From: Balamuthia mandrillaris
Taxonomy: Eukaryota
Assembly: GCA_031835245.2 (NCBI GenBank)
Contig: JAVKOQ020000073.1
Span: 62,001 to 126,000 of the forward strand
Direction: 5' to 3'
Length of the DNA: 64,000 bases
Shown here: positions 49,615 to 61,696 of the stretch, piece by piece
How positions within the stretch are numbered: position 1 is the stretch's first letter
Layout of the letters: each line of letters starts with the position of its first letter
Translations under genes and position numbers: made by a program
The notes under the pieces: generated by a model
Databases searched by the model: none
What the model was told of the DNA's origin: nothing
What the model saw: the letters and a program-made list of their open reading frames with translations, nothing else

Positions 49615-52600
49615 AGTCACCTAACACAACAGCCCCATAATCACAGCCAGTGGACGAGGAGGACTTATTGACAGCACGCGCGGTAAGGTTGATAGTACCA
49701 GCGGGAGGACCTTGCGCCTACGTCAACTGGCCCTCCATCATCGTGTTGATGAAAGTGCCGGAAGATGAGCGCCCTTTGGACTGGGTTACGCTCAAAGGCA
49801 GCAAATCAGAGGTCATCATTGGGGCTGGCTCAGGTCCTATGCCTCGGGGCAGCATTCCTTCTTCTTGGGCCTTTTCTCCTTCCTCCACAAGACAACAAAC
49901 GGTGGCTTCCAATGAAGTCTTTGCGCTCTTCCTTTCTCTTCAATATGGCATACTTGCAGTGTCTCAATACGGATTGGTGCCACGCCGACGTGACATAACG
50001 GAGGAAAAACCTGCGCCCATCGATAAAAACGAAGCAACACTCTCTCTCCCATCGTCGTCGTTGCAGACAGCAGTGCATGAAGACCTTCGTGTGGCCGACG
50101 TTCAGATCAAACATTTGGTGGCCGCCTTTTATCAATACCTTGCTGGCGAGACTTTGCCTCAGGAAGCTCCTCTCATGGCAGCCATGCGTTCCAGCCAACA
50201 AGAGCTCAGTAGCGCTGTGCAAGGTGTTAGCAACATCATCGTTGATGCAAAGCCTCAAAGCAATCCACGATGGGCAGAGGATACCAAGAAGAGCGGAATT
50301 GGAGAGGAGGAAGAGGAAGAAAAGGATAGCGCTTACTCGGAAGCTCAGTCTTTGTTGTTGAGAGAGCAGTTAGCAGAGAAGATTCAGAAGCATGCCACTT
50401 TCATTGGATTTTTGTTCGAGATGAAGCTTTGGGACAAGTTATCTACAACGGCAAAGTTGGTATTGTTTGCTCACTCAGAAAAGCTACAAGCTGCTGCTGG
50501 TACTTACCCTCTTTTTTATTTTTATTTTTTTTGTTCTGTGTGAACTGGAAGCTTACTTCTTCTGTGCTCAAGCACTGAGAGATCATCATAACGCTTTAGC
50601 AGCAGAACTTTCCAGTAACCGACATGCTCTTAAAGCCCTTCAAAAGACAGGTTCCTCTTCATTTTTATTCTTTAGTCTTTTAATGTAACTAATCAAATAA
50701 CAGAGGACTCAGCAGAGGAACAAACACGACCCGACTTTGATGCTCTAACTCAATCCAAAGCAAGAGTAAAAGCTGGTCGAGTAAAGATGGAACTCCTACA
50801 AAAGGCCATTCGACTATGGCTAGCTTCTAGCAGCATTCCCTCTGAGTTTTGGAGCGAAACTACCGGTCTAGCTCCTGAAGACATGTTCTACAGTCATGTC
50901 TCCGCTGTGGATGAGCTTCTGGGCCATCTTCAAGGCCTTGAGTTGAACGTGTTGGGACCAATTCTTACGCGGAGCATTCTATCTACGACTGCTGAGGCGC
51001 AGCTCTCAAGTGAGGGGTCAGCGCGTGCTACTGTTCCTCCTTCTGCAGTTCACCTTAGCAGTATCGATGAAATAGAACGGGCTTGTGCTATTATTGAAGA
51101 AGTTGATTTTGTTTTTGAGGTATTATGCTTGTTTTTTTTTTCTTTTTTCATTCATGTTTTTTTTTATTCCCTACTCTTTCTTCTCTCTTCACTTTTCTTA
51201 TAAAAAAAATCGAAAAACATCAAACAGGCGATTTTGTTAACCGCAGTGGAGCATCGACGTTCGAATACTATAGCACGAGACTATCCTTCCCAATATCTGC
51301 AAGCGCCATGGACTTCATCTGAGCGACTCCGCACACAACTTTCCAAGCAAGCCAAGTTGACAGTTCATATTCTTCAAAGCCTTCAAGAACTTCACCCGGA
51401 AGAGTCTTCGTCATCAATGATCGGAGCTCCCGGTACCAACACTGCTCTTTCCTTTGAGCGAACAGAGCAAGTGATGGCGATGATGTTGTCTCAATTATTC
51501 CATTTAGAGGAGATGTTGTTGGATGGTTACGTGGAAGAGCTTTCTATTCTCTCTCGACGAATCACACAACAGCAAAGAAAGAAGGATGACGATGAAGAGG
51601 AAGAAACAGAGCGATTGCGTATTTCGCATGCTACTTTAGAAGAACGGTTTCACGAAGCACGCACACAAGCTATCTCTGCTTTCCGTTCGTTAGCCAAAGT
51701 TACTTCTACCACTACAAACAAGAAAAGCAACCGAAAGACAACATCCGCCATCAGCTTCTACGATGAAGAGGCGGAAGAGGATGAGGAAGAATTATCGGTT
51801 AAAGCTATGGCTAGAAACTACGCTGTGCAGTTAGCGGAGAAGTTCAAGGATTTTGACAGTTTGATTTCCCTTTGCTGCTCTGCCTGCTCCGTGTATGCAG
51901 GAGAGTCGGCTACGGAAACTGCTGCTTATAAGAATAGACGGTTGCAGGAATATATGCACCGTTTCAAGGAAGATAATTTTGCAGAACATCTCTTCCAGTG
52001 GCTTATCATGAATGGTAACCTTCTTTCTCCTCCGTGCTTCTTTCTTCAATCTCCAAGTTAACTTTTTTTTCTTCATACAAACATACAAAAGGCAAACGTA
52101 CAGCTTTATTAACTCAACCAGAAGAGTATAATGACCAATTGAGCAAGTTTTTGGAAGCAGCTGCCTACCAACAATACGCTTGGATACATGCTTTGAAAGT
52201 TGGAAACTATAGTTGCAGTGCTAAAGTGCTGCGGCATCTTGCCGACGAAGAAGACCGACGAGTTGGTCGGAAAAAGGTTTGTTTTGTTTTGTTTTTTTGT
52301 GTGCTTAGTTAGTTAACGGGATTGCGTCTTCATGTTATAGACTTTGTTGAGCATTGGCAAGTTAGCATGTATCGTTGATTCGATGGAAGAGCGTCGGCCA
52401 GGTGGCAAAAGGTGGCTGGACGCAGAAAACTACATTGGACAGGCTGACCAGTTGCTTTATCTCATCAAAGTTCAAGGTACACACCCTTTCTTTTCAATGT
52501 CTCTTTTTCTCGTTTTTGTTTCTCTTTTCTTCCTCTCCTCGTGTTTTAACTTTACCTTTTCTTTCATGCTTTGTGCAACTTCTAATAATTCAATACAGAG

Positions 52601-55507
52601 AAATACCGGTTAGCTCAAAGGGACAGCACACTTGCCTCTCAAAATGTCGCTTTGTCTCCACCTATGTCATTCCAGGATATCATAGATGCCTTCATAGGAG
52701 AAGCCACTCCTTCTGCTCAACAATTCGTTCTTGCTTTGGATGTGTTCCGCAACTCTGATTTGGTTTATTGCTTTTTCTTCTCTGCTTTCTTAGCTTGCTC
52801 AAACGTTTCTAATATTCGCTCTTCTTCTTAAAAAAGCTGAGAAACGAAGAAGAGAATAAAGCTCTGCTCCGATTGATATGGCAACGAGCCTTTCTTTGTA
52901 CAGAGTAAGCATCAGACATTAGGAACACTTTTCAGTTGTTTTTTTTTCTCACGTTTCTCCTATGTTTTATTCAATAGTTGGCGAAGATTAGCTGCTGATT
53001 GGGAGAGAGGCAAAGTGTCAGATGCAGACGTGGAGATGGCGATCAAGAAGGGTGTATTCTTCCGGACGGCTTGCAACCAAGAAGTTAGAAGTCTCTTCAA
53101 CATTCACCTCTTTCAGGAGATCATGACAGAGTACCTGATGAAAGGAAAACGAGCAGCAACAACAAAGCCAACGAAAACCCAATCCAAAGGAAAAGAACTC
53201 ATTATAATTGACGATGAAGAAGATGAAGAAGGAAAAGAGGAAGAAGAAGAGATACAAGAAAGAAATTCTATTTTGGCGAGATTGTTGAAGACAGTATTGG
53301 ACATGATAGCAGAACAATTAGAAAAAGGAGAGGAAGTAGAATTAGACTTGAATGAGACAGAAGAATACGGTGACGAAGGAGAGGAAGAGAAAGAAGAAAG
53401 TTTGTTTGACAACGACCAAGAAGACGATGGCGATGAAGGGCTGCTGCCTCCTCCACAATTGGGAGATTTCCTGAGAACGTCATCGTCACCGATTTCCTCC
53501 CCGGCTTCTCTCTCTCCTGATTCTCTGCACGAAGACCAAGCTTCTCTCTTCCATGACGACAGTTTCGACGACTCAATGATTTTAAATCAAACTGAGGACA
53601 CAACTCTTACTTCCTCCATTTGGCCTTCTTCATCATCTTCGAAGCCTTCAGCTACGATGCGCTCTTCTGTTCTGGCCACTCCGGCTTCCACCACCAAGCT
53701 TTACCCTTCGTTGAAAGCGTTGTCGGAGGAGAGAAGAAACTGGCTGAATGTATCACAAGCTGATAAAATTGCGGAGGAAGAAATGAAACGGCGACAAATT
53801 GAGTTTCAGCAGGAGTTGGATCGTTTGGAAGAGGAGGATGGGGAGGAGGAGGAAGAACTTGAGGAAGAAGAACTGGAAGAACAAGGAGAAGAGGAATATG
53901 AAGAACAAGTAGAAGAAGAACAAGCAGAAGAAGAAGTAGCGGAAGAAGAACCAAGTGAAGAGCAAGAAAAGCAAGAACAATTGCAGGCAGATGAAGAGTA
54001 TGGAGAGGAGGTAGAAGTGCAAGCGGAAGAAGACTTCAAAGAAGATGAACATGAGCAGAGTGTAGAACAAGTTGAAGAAGAACAAGAAAATGAAGAGGAA
54101 GAAGAGCAGGCACAACAAGAAGGCACAATGCTTGTAGAAAGTGAACAAAGCGAAGGCGAGGCAGAAGAAAAAGAAGAACAGCAGGGTGAACAACTTGCTG
54201 AAGAAGAAATGGAAAGTCTTTCATCCGAGGAAGAACACGAACAGGAAGCAGACGAAGGACAAGCAGAAGCGGAAGAAGAAAGCAATGAACAAGAAGAAGC
54301 AGACCGAGAGAGGGTAGACGAAGAGGTAGAGCAAGAAGACCAAGAGCAAACATACGAATCTGAACATGAAGAAGTAGAACAAGAGGGACACGCACAAGAA
54401 GGAGAACAAGAAGAACAAGAAGAGCAAGAAGAAGCAGCGCAAGAGAAAGTAGAAGAAGAGGAGATAGAGCAAGAAGACCAAGAGCAAACATACGAATCTG
54501 AACATGAAGAAGTAGAACAAGAGGGACACGCACAAGAAGAAGAAGGAGAAGAACAAGAAGAACAAGAAGAGCAAGAAGAACAAGAAGAGCAAGAAGAACA
54601 AGAACAAGAAGACCAAGAAGAAGCAGCGCGAGAGAAAGTAGAAGAAGAGGAGATAGAGCAAGAAGAACAAGAGCAAACATATGAATCTGAACATGAAGAA
54701 GTGGAACAAGAGGGACAAGCACAAGTAGAAGCAGAAGAGGAAGGAGTGCCACAAGAACAAGAGGATGATCAAGAAGAACAAGAAGTAGCACTAGAATATG
54801 ATCACGATAAACAAGCGGAAGAGGAACAGGAACAACAAAACGAGGAGGAACAACAGGAACATAAAGAAGAACCAGAACAGGAACAAGAGGAAGCAGCAGA
54901 ACCTCAACAAGAGGAAGAACAAGGAACAGAAGAACAAGAAATAGAACTAGAGGATGCTGAAGAACAGAGCCAAGAAGAGGTAGGAAAGCAAGAAGTGCAA
55001 GAAGAAGAGCAAGAAGCACATGACGGCGAAGAAGGACAAGAAGAAGACGAAGCAGAAGCAGAACAATCGCTGGAACAAGAAGAAGAAGAAGCAGAACAAG
55101 AAGAAGTTCCACAAGAACAAGGAGACGACCAAGAACAGGGACAGGAAATTGAAGAGCAAGGCGATCAAGCAGAAGGAGAAGTTCCACAAGAACAAAAAGA
55201 TGACCAAGAACAGGAACTGGAAGAAGAACACGAGGCAGAGGAAGAAGACCAGGAACAGGAACAAGAAGCAGAACAAGAACAAGAGGGACAAGAAGAAGAA
55301 CCAGAACCAGAGGAGGAAGCAGAACAAGAGGGACAAGAACAAGAACAAGAAGAAGAACCAGAACCAGAGGAGGAAGCAGAAGGAGACCGCTCCACAGAAC
55401 AACCAGAAGAAGACGCATCAGAGCAAGATTCATACACAAATGAAGGAGATGACGATTCCATGCTCGCAGATGAAGAAGAAGCGGACGACGTATCCTTCGA
55501 AGAATGA
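47591..55507 (+). CDS. NUP133: Nucleoporin Nup133 with a long acidic C-terminal extension, multi-exon
   Basis: GFAWIIIRNTLFLWQY, LVCSREGIIRYWPNV, EQLAEKIQKHATFIGFL, QLAEKFKDFDSLISLC, YAWIHAL, LLSIGKLA and IWQRAFLCTDW, then an in-frame E/Q-rich tail. Confidence 0.87.
54313..54725 (+). repeat. Three internal coding repeats (EEEIEQEDQEQTYESEHEEVEQEGHAQE-like) in the Nup133 tail
   Basis: Near-identical ~85-90 bp units containing CAAACATACGAATCTGAACATGAAGAAGT. Confidence 0.85.
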
Positions 55508-55572
55508 AACCTTTTTCACTTTCATTGTTGGTCATTTATTTCCTTCTTCTCTCCTTCGTTCTGTTTTCACTT

Positions 55573-56285
55573 CTAATGCTTGGAGAGATAGTCGTCTGCG
55601 TTTTGGATCTCCGCGTAGGCAAAGCCAAGGGCGGCCAAGTAGGCTGCCTGCACGTCCTCCGCAGGCACCACTTTGTCCTTGTACTGCACGTCGCGCGTGG
55701 CGCAAGCGTCCTCTATCAAAGTACACCTTTTTTTTTTGGAAAAAAAAAAGAGAGATGATGAGAAGAAATGCAGTCCTCTCTTTGCTTGATGGGGGCTTTT
55801 ACGTACTTGTAGCCAAGATCAGCTGCTGCTCGCACAGTTCCATCAATGCACATGTGGCTCATCGCTCCACAAACCACCAAATTTTCCACCTATTGATTGA
55901 TTTTTGTTTTTTGAGTGAGTGTTAATTATTTTTTTGTTGAGATCCGACTCGTTGGGAAGCGTACGCCAGCTTCTTTGAGCTTTGCGTCGAGCTCAGTGCC
56001 GTTGAAGGAGCTGATCTGCTTCTTGGTGATGATCACGTCCCCCTCCTGCGGCTTCACCTTCTCGTGCAGCTCGGCGCCCTCGCTGCCGGGCAGCATGAAG
56101 CCCAGCTCAGGGGAGGCGGCCTCGTGGCGCACCAGGAAGCGGGGCAGGCCCTTCTGGCGGAAGGAGTGGAGGAGCTTGGCGGCGTTCTCGGTGGCCTGCT
56201 CCATGTTGTGCAGCGTCATCTTGCCGCCGGGGAAGTAGTCGTTCTGGATGTCCACCACCACCAGCGCTGTCTTCTTGCTCTCCAT
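55573..56285 (-). CDS. Isochorismatase-family cysteine hydrolase (3 exons)
   Basis: TALVVVDIQNDYFPGG, VIITKKQISSFNGTELD, LVVCGAMSHMCIDGTVRAAADLGY and LIEDACATRD. The D/K/C catalytic triad is present. Confidence 0.92.
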
Positions 56286-56694
56286 TTTTTGCTTTTTCTT
56301 CTTTCTTTTCGTTATGTTGGTTTTTTCAGCCAATAGAAAATCAAAAATAAGTTGTCGACATAAATTTTACACCAAAAGAGAAGACGTTGTCGACGTTTAA
56401 TTATCCAACGGAAAATCAATTGTTCAGGATGATGTCAGCTTCTGGAACCCAATAAGAAATCAAAAATATGTCGACAATATATTATGGCAACTTCCGAAAT
56501 TGACCATTGAGGAAAGAAGAAAGAACGCAGACAGGTTGTTGTTGGCGATTTTGTTTTGTTTTTTTGTTCGGCAAAAGGGAGAAAAAAAATAAATTTGACA
56601 ACAAAGAAAGCGCGTTAGGTTTTTGGTGTTCTTTGTCTTTTTTTTGTTTTTCTTTTTTTTTTTGCTCTTCCCAAAAAAAAAAAAAAACACTCCA

Positions 56695-58129
56695 ATGGCA
56701 GGAGAAACTTTCGACTTTGGCATTCCAGCCGGAGAAAGCTTAGACGATGCGCCCAGAAACCACAAAAAACGGAAGAGGAGGTGCAGCTGGAACAAGCGGT
56801 CGCCATCCTCCGCCGGGCAGAGCGAAACGCTCGCGAAAAGATCGAGGTGCTGACCCAGAAGCAGCAGCAATGGAATGCCACTCAAACCCAGATCAACGCC
56901 AACCTTGAGGCCGCTCACCAAAAAGTACTTTTCATTTCTGTTCTTTTTCTTTGTGCTTTTTTTTCAATTTTTCATTTTTCATTTTTTTTTGTTTTATTTT
57001 TTTTATTTTTGGTTTTTTTTTATTTTTCTCTTTTTAACATTTCATTTGAACAAAAACAACAAAAGATAAGGCTGGATGTAGGCGGCAAACTCTTTGCCAC
57101 GAGCAAGTCCACTCTTCTCACCTTCGAGAACACGTTCTTCCACGCGATGCTCTCCTCCGGCAGATGGCTTCCCGATAACCACGCCCAGGAGGACCCCTCT
57201 TCGCCGCCATCACCGCCGCTTTACTTCATCGACCGCAACCCAAAGCTCTTCTCCTTCGTCCTCGACTTTCTGCGCAGCTATAACGATGACATTCAGCACC
57301 GTTACGATGAGGAGGCAGAGGCGCTGCTGCCATCCAAACAACCGCAGCTGCTCGCTCTGAGGAGAGAGGCTGATTTTTATGGGCTTCAACCGTTAGTGTC
57401 CAACTCATCAACCACAAGCTCCACAAACAACGCCAGCGAGGAAAGCAAAGACGGAAGCAAGGAGGAGAAGACCTTGCCACGAATCCTAGGTTGTTGCAGT
57501 TGGACGCGATGGAGCTCGGCCCGAACGTCGTGCTGAGCGGTGACCTGCGAACTGCAGTCAAGAGAGGAAACGCTCCTGGTCACGCGTCCATTCTGGCCAA
57601 ACAGGGCTTCGTTTCGGGCCTTCATTCTTGGTTAGTTGCCATTCATCGTCTCGGCGCTTCTTCTTTGCAGTCTTCTTCCTCTTCGTTTCCGTCTCCGTTC
57701 TCTTCTCCTTTTGCTTCTTCTACCTCTTTCCCTGCATCGCATTGGATTGCAGTTGGAGTTTGTCGCAAGGAACGATTGAGGAACCGAAGCAACAACTATG
57801 CTTCTGCTTTTGCTATCTCCAGCAAGAATCAACTCTGGAGAGCAGACAATGAACGAGAGGGACGACATAATGCAGGGAACGATTGGATCGATGGCGATGT
57901 GCTTCGGGTGACCCTCTCGTTGGAGCAGAGGCTGAACTTTGTGCGCATTGAGAACCTTCGGACAGGGCGTTCCGAACGAATCGAATGGAGAGATGACAAT
58001 GATGAAGAGGAAAGGCTTTATTATCCCTATTTCAACCTGTATAACGTGGCCAGTTCCTTCTCCGTGCTGGACTATCGCTTCTACGGGGAGGATAACAGCA
58101 ACAAAGAGATCGATCATGAACTCCACTGA
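56695..58129 (+). CDS. KCTD-type BTB/POZ plus SPRY-like domain protein with two apparent frameshifts (possible pseudogene or assembly errors)
   Basis: IRLDVGGKLFATSKSTL, YFIDRNPKLFSFVLDFLR and EADFYGL (BTB), plus SPRY-like GFVSGLHSW, WIAVGV and WIDGDVLRVTL. The frame breaks near 56765 and 57397. Confidence 0.75.
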
Positions 58130-58336
58130 AGAAAGAAGAACTATCCTTCTTTAGTTTTGTTTTTTGATGTTTGTATGCTTTCTTTTTGAAGTTTTGTTTT
58201 GAACAGTAACACAAATAGTAAAGGAATGAATGAGCCACAAAAGAAAGATTTTGGTTTCGGTAAACCTTTTCCTCTTTCCGTCCAAAGGCCAATTCAAGGC
58301 TGGTCTAGTTCAGAGGAAGCAGCTTGTAGCTTGCTT

Positions 58337-59812
58337 TCAAGTATTGGTTCGGCTGGCGCTAGTTTCGTTTGTTGCCAGCAAAGATTTCTTATTGTTTGAA
58401 CTTTGAAGAGCAGACAGAACAGCAGAGGCTATGCTTTGGGCCAGCTTGGGAGGTACCGCGTTGCCTATCTGATGGATGAAAACAACCTAACATAAGAAAA
58501 TGAATGAATGCTCCCAGAGGTTTCAGACTGTTGCCAATCATCCGTCTTCGCATTTACCTGTCTAAACTGGGAGGATTGAGCGCCCATGAAGCAGAAGGTC
58601 AAGGGAAAGGACTGCAACAGGGATGCTTCCGTGACAGAAAGCCTACGAATGAAGGAAGGGACGGTTTCATTCTCGGCAGGACATTCGTTTTTTAAAAGCC
58701 GTCGGTGAAGGTGTTCGAACCAAGATGGTCTCCCAGTCCGTAACGCTCTTTCGTCGAGGATAGGGGTTTTGTTGCCGCCCATGGAAGCTAGCAGCGTGTT
58801 GATGGGAGCGTGTATGTTGACCGGCCTACCTCCACCATTGAAAATGTGGCCAGAATAGGGAGACTTTCGCAAGTCTGGCTGCTTGGCCAAGGTTATTTTT
58901 GCTTTGCATGGGCCGAGGTTGGGTGAGGAGCCTGGAGGAGGAAGGTCCTTCAGCACGTCATAAACAGTTGGGGTGGAGGGGTCGAGAGGAGGGACCTCGG
59001 TGATGGGGTTCAGGTGGGAGGCCGTCCCGATGAAAAAGGCCCTCTCTCGAGATTGGGCAACACCATAATGGCGTGCGTTGAGGAGAAGAACGGTTACGGT
59101 GTAGCCTAGCCCTTCGAACTTGTGCAACAAAGCACTGCGAAGCTCATGCCAGCGTTTGTGAGTTGCCAGGGCCGTCACGTTCTCTTTTTTTTTAAAGTTC
59201 AGCACGTAGTATAAAAACGCATAAAGTAACACATCAAAGTAACGAAAGCAGTACCCATGACGAAAACGGGTGGTCTAAGCTGCTCTACCAAACGAGCAAA
59301 CTGCCACACCAAAAGGTTTCGCTCGTCGCGAGCATCCATGTTGCCGCCTATGGAAAACCCTTGGCTGCGTGGAGGTATGAGAGCTTCAATACCCAAGGAG
59401 CAAGGTCGAGTACGTACCAAGGCGGACCTCCTATCAGAACACTGCACCGTGCGGGCAGCTCTCCGCTACGAAGAGACGCGACATCGCGCCGAACGGCGTA
59501 CCCGCCTATGTTTTTACGATAGGTTTCAACAGCGTCTTTGTCGTTGTCGACGGCATAGACAATGTTGAAGCCAGCATTCACAAAGCCAAGGTCCATGCCT
59601 CCCGCTCCGCAAAACAAACTTACCACTGTGAGCTGTGTGACAAACCAGTTAGCAACGACATCGGAAAAAAGCAAGGAGAGGAGAGGGAAAGAGGCTACCT
59701 GCTCATCCTGCATGATGGTGTCCCTCTTTGTGAGTTTAGACGGAAGAAAAGGTTCATCGGTTTGTTTTCTCTTGGATGCAGGGCGAAAGAACGAAGTCAC
59801 GGTGGTTTGCAT
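58337..59812 (-). CDS. DNA (cytosine-5) methyltransferase of prokaryotic R-M type with N-terminal PIP box; exons 59812-59699, 59632-59418, 59364-59255, 59183-58558, 58468-58337 (398 aa)
   Basis: Motif I SLFCGAGGMDLG, IV GGPPCQGFS, VI VFVMENV, VIII YGVAQSRERAFFIG, IX RRLSVTEASLLQSFP and X RQIGNAVPP are all in frame after splicing. Confidence 0.93.
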
Positions 59813-60029
59813 TATCTTAACCTCTTTACCTCAAAACTCCTGGGGTGCCGCTTCTTTTGGATGTCGGCGGATAACGATGGATGTCGGCGGCAAAACGAAA
59901 CTGGTAACAGCAACGAAGCGCCCTATTATGATAACGCGACTGAGGAAAGAAGAACTTTACTTCTTTTCATCGTTTTGGTTTTCTCTCTTTTGCCGTTGTT
60001 GAATATACAAAGATCTTTCTTTATTACTT

Positions 60030-61577
60030 TCAAGCATCGACATGCTTCGAAATGACGGTAGAGAGCCGGCTCACTCGGCGAGCTTTTCGTGAATGTCGCA
60101 GCCACGCCACCACTGCCACGAATGCAACGCTCGCAACGACCACCACAGGAACTACAATGCTCACTGCGATGACGACTGCATCCTCGTCGGATTCCGCTTT
60201 ACCGTTCTCCGATTCGTGCTCGTTGTTCAACAAGATAGAGATATCTTCGTAAAGTGAGAAACCAAACAAGAAGCTGTTAGAGAGAGAGAACATAACGAAC
60301 CAGGATCATAACTCAACCGCTCTCCTCCAGAGAAGTGCAGCTCAAAGACGAACGCGTGGTCCGTTGCCTCGGTGTTAGAGGCATTCCAGACCATATCTCC
60401 GTTTACCGGTTCGAAGCCCCATTCCGCCTCCTCCGCCACAACTGTGGAACCCACCGGCGGTTCCGTTACTGAGAACAAAGCCTTTTATCAAACGTGTCAG
60501 TAATAGAATGATATGAAGGAAATACTGAAATAGAAGTACCTGAGATACTCGCACGCGGAAGAGGTCGTTCAACACGTCGATGAAGTAGGTGAGTTGGTGT
60601 TCGCTTGTGTCAGATGGAGAGATGGAAACAGGGAATGTTAGCACTGGATTCTGCGAAAGGACCACCGGAACTATAGCATGAGATAACTCCAACTGGAAAG
60701 CTTGTTTAGTCTTGTTAACATTTCAATAGAAGAAGGATAGCGACGAAGAAGAAGAAAAAGAAGAACAAGAAGAACAAGAACAAGAAGAAGAACAAGCAGG
60801 AGAGGAACATCAAAAAAACGTACTTTCAACTTGAAACGCATCTGAAAGAACGAATCGGCAAGCTGGCTGGCTTCGTTCAGGTCTGTGACGGTTTGAGAAG
60901 TATAATTGTACACATCAAAACTTATCTTTAACGAGTCTCCTTCCACTCGCATCCGTCTTTCTGTCCCTGCTTTGTTTCTTTTGCATTTGTTAGAACCAAA
61001 CGTGCTGCTTTCTTTTCTCCTGAAGCAAGTACGGACCTAGAAGTAACGTTCTTTGCTTCAGGAACATATTCAAAAGTGCCAACGAACAAAGAGGCCGCGT
61101 CTCCCAGCCCTGGCAACGAAAACCGCAACAGGTTCTCCTCGCTCGCGTCAAACTGCCACTTTGCAGGGACCAACAGGTCGGTTACGTGCTGTCCTTCCTC
61201 GGAGCAGTTTCCAAGCACCCCCTCCAACCGGAATATGTGGAAAAAGCTGAAGGTCGGGAGGAGGGCGGAGCATCGGAGTTCTCGAAACTGCAGCAGAGAA
61301 AGAGCGGCCCAGTAGGCTTCCACCACTCGACCATGTTTGTCTTTTGGAAAGGCAAACACGGTCGGAGAGAAGGTGTTGACGAAACGGAGCTGCGACTTTA
61401 CTCCTGTTATGCTGTGTTAAGCGGTGTTTAAATGGTGATGTTATCAAGAGCAGAAGGACGACCTTCAAAAACTGTGATGGAGTCTTCCACGGAGGGAACG
61501 TCCAATGGTTGGACCTGTAGGCAGACAGAAAGTACACATAGGATAAACGCGAGAGAGCTCCAACGTGGAAACAACAT
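60030..61577 (-). CDS. Type I single-pass membrane protein (signal peptide, ectodomain, C-terminal TM helix), multi-exon
   Basis: Signal-like N-terminus MLFPRWSSLAFILCVLSVCL. LSYDP|DISILL precedes the TM AVVIAVSIVVPVVVVASVAFVAVVAWL and a basic stop-transfer sequence. Confidence 0.7.
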
Positions 61578-61696
61578 CGTTCTTTTAACAACAACCTTTA
61601 CAAAAAAGTGCGGAGAGGTGTCCGTAATGTAGACAGTTGCTCCACAATTAAGGCATTACAGACGTTTATTGTCCGGTGGCTGTTCTCGAGAGAGGT

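Noticed and set aside
53652..55925. Long Leu/Phe-rich antisense ORFs and a Lys-rich alternative-frame ORF
   Set aside because: They are artefacts of the GAA/CAA-rich Nup133 tail.
58337..59812. Assignment of the MTase as DNMT2 or DNMT1
   Set aside because: It lacks the DNMT2 CFT motif and PPCQPF context, and lacks all DNMT1 regulatory domains apart from a PIP-like peptide.
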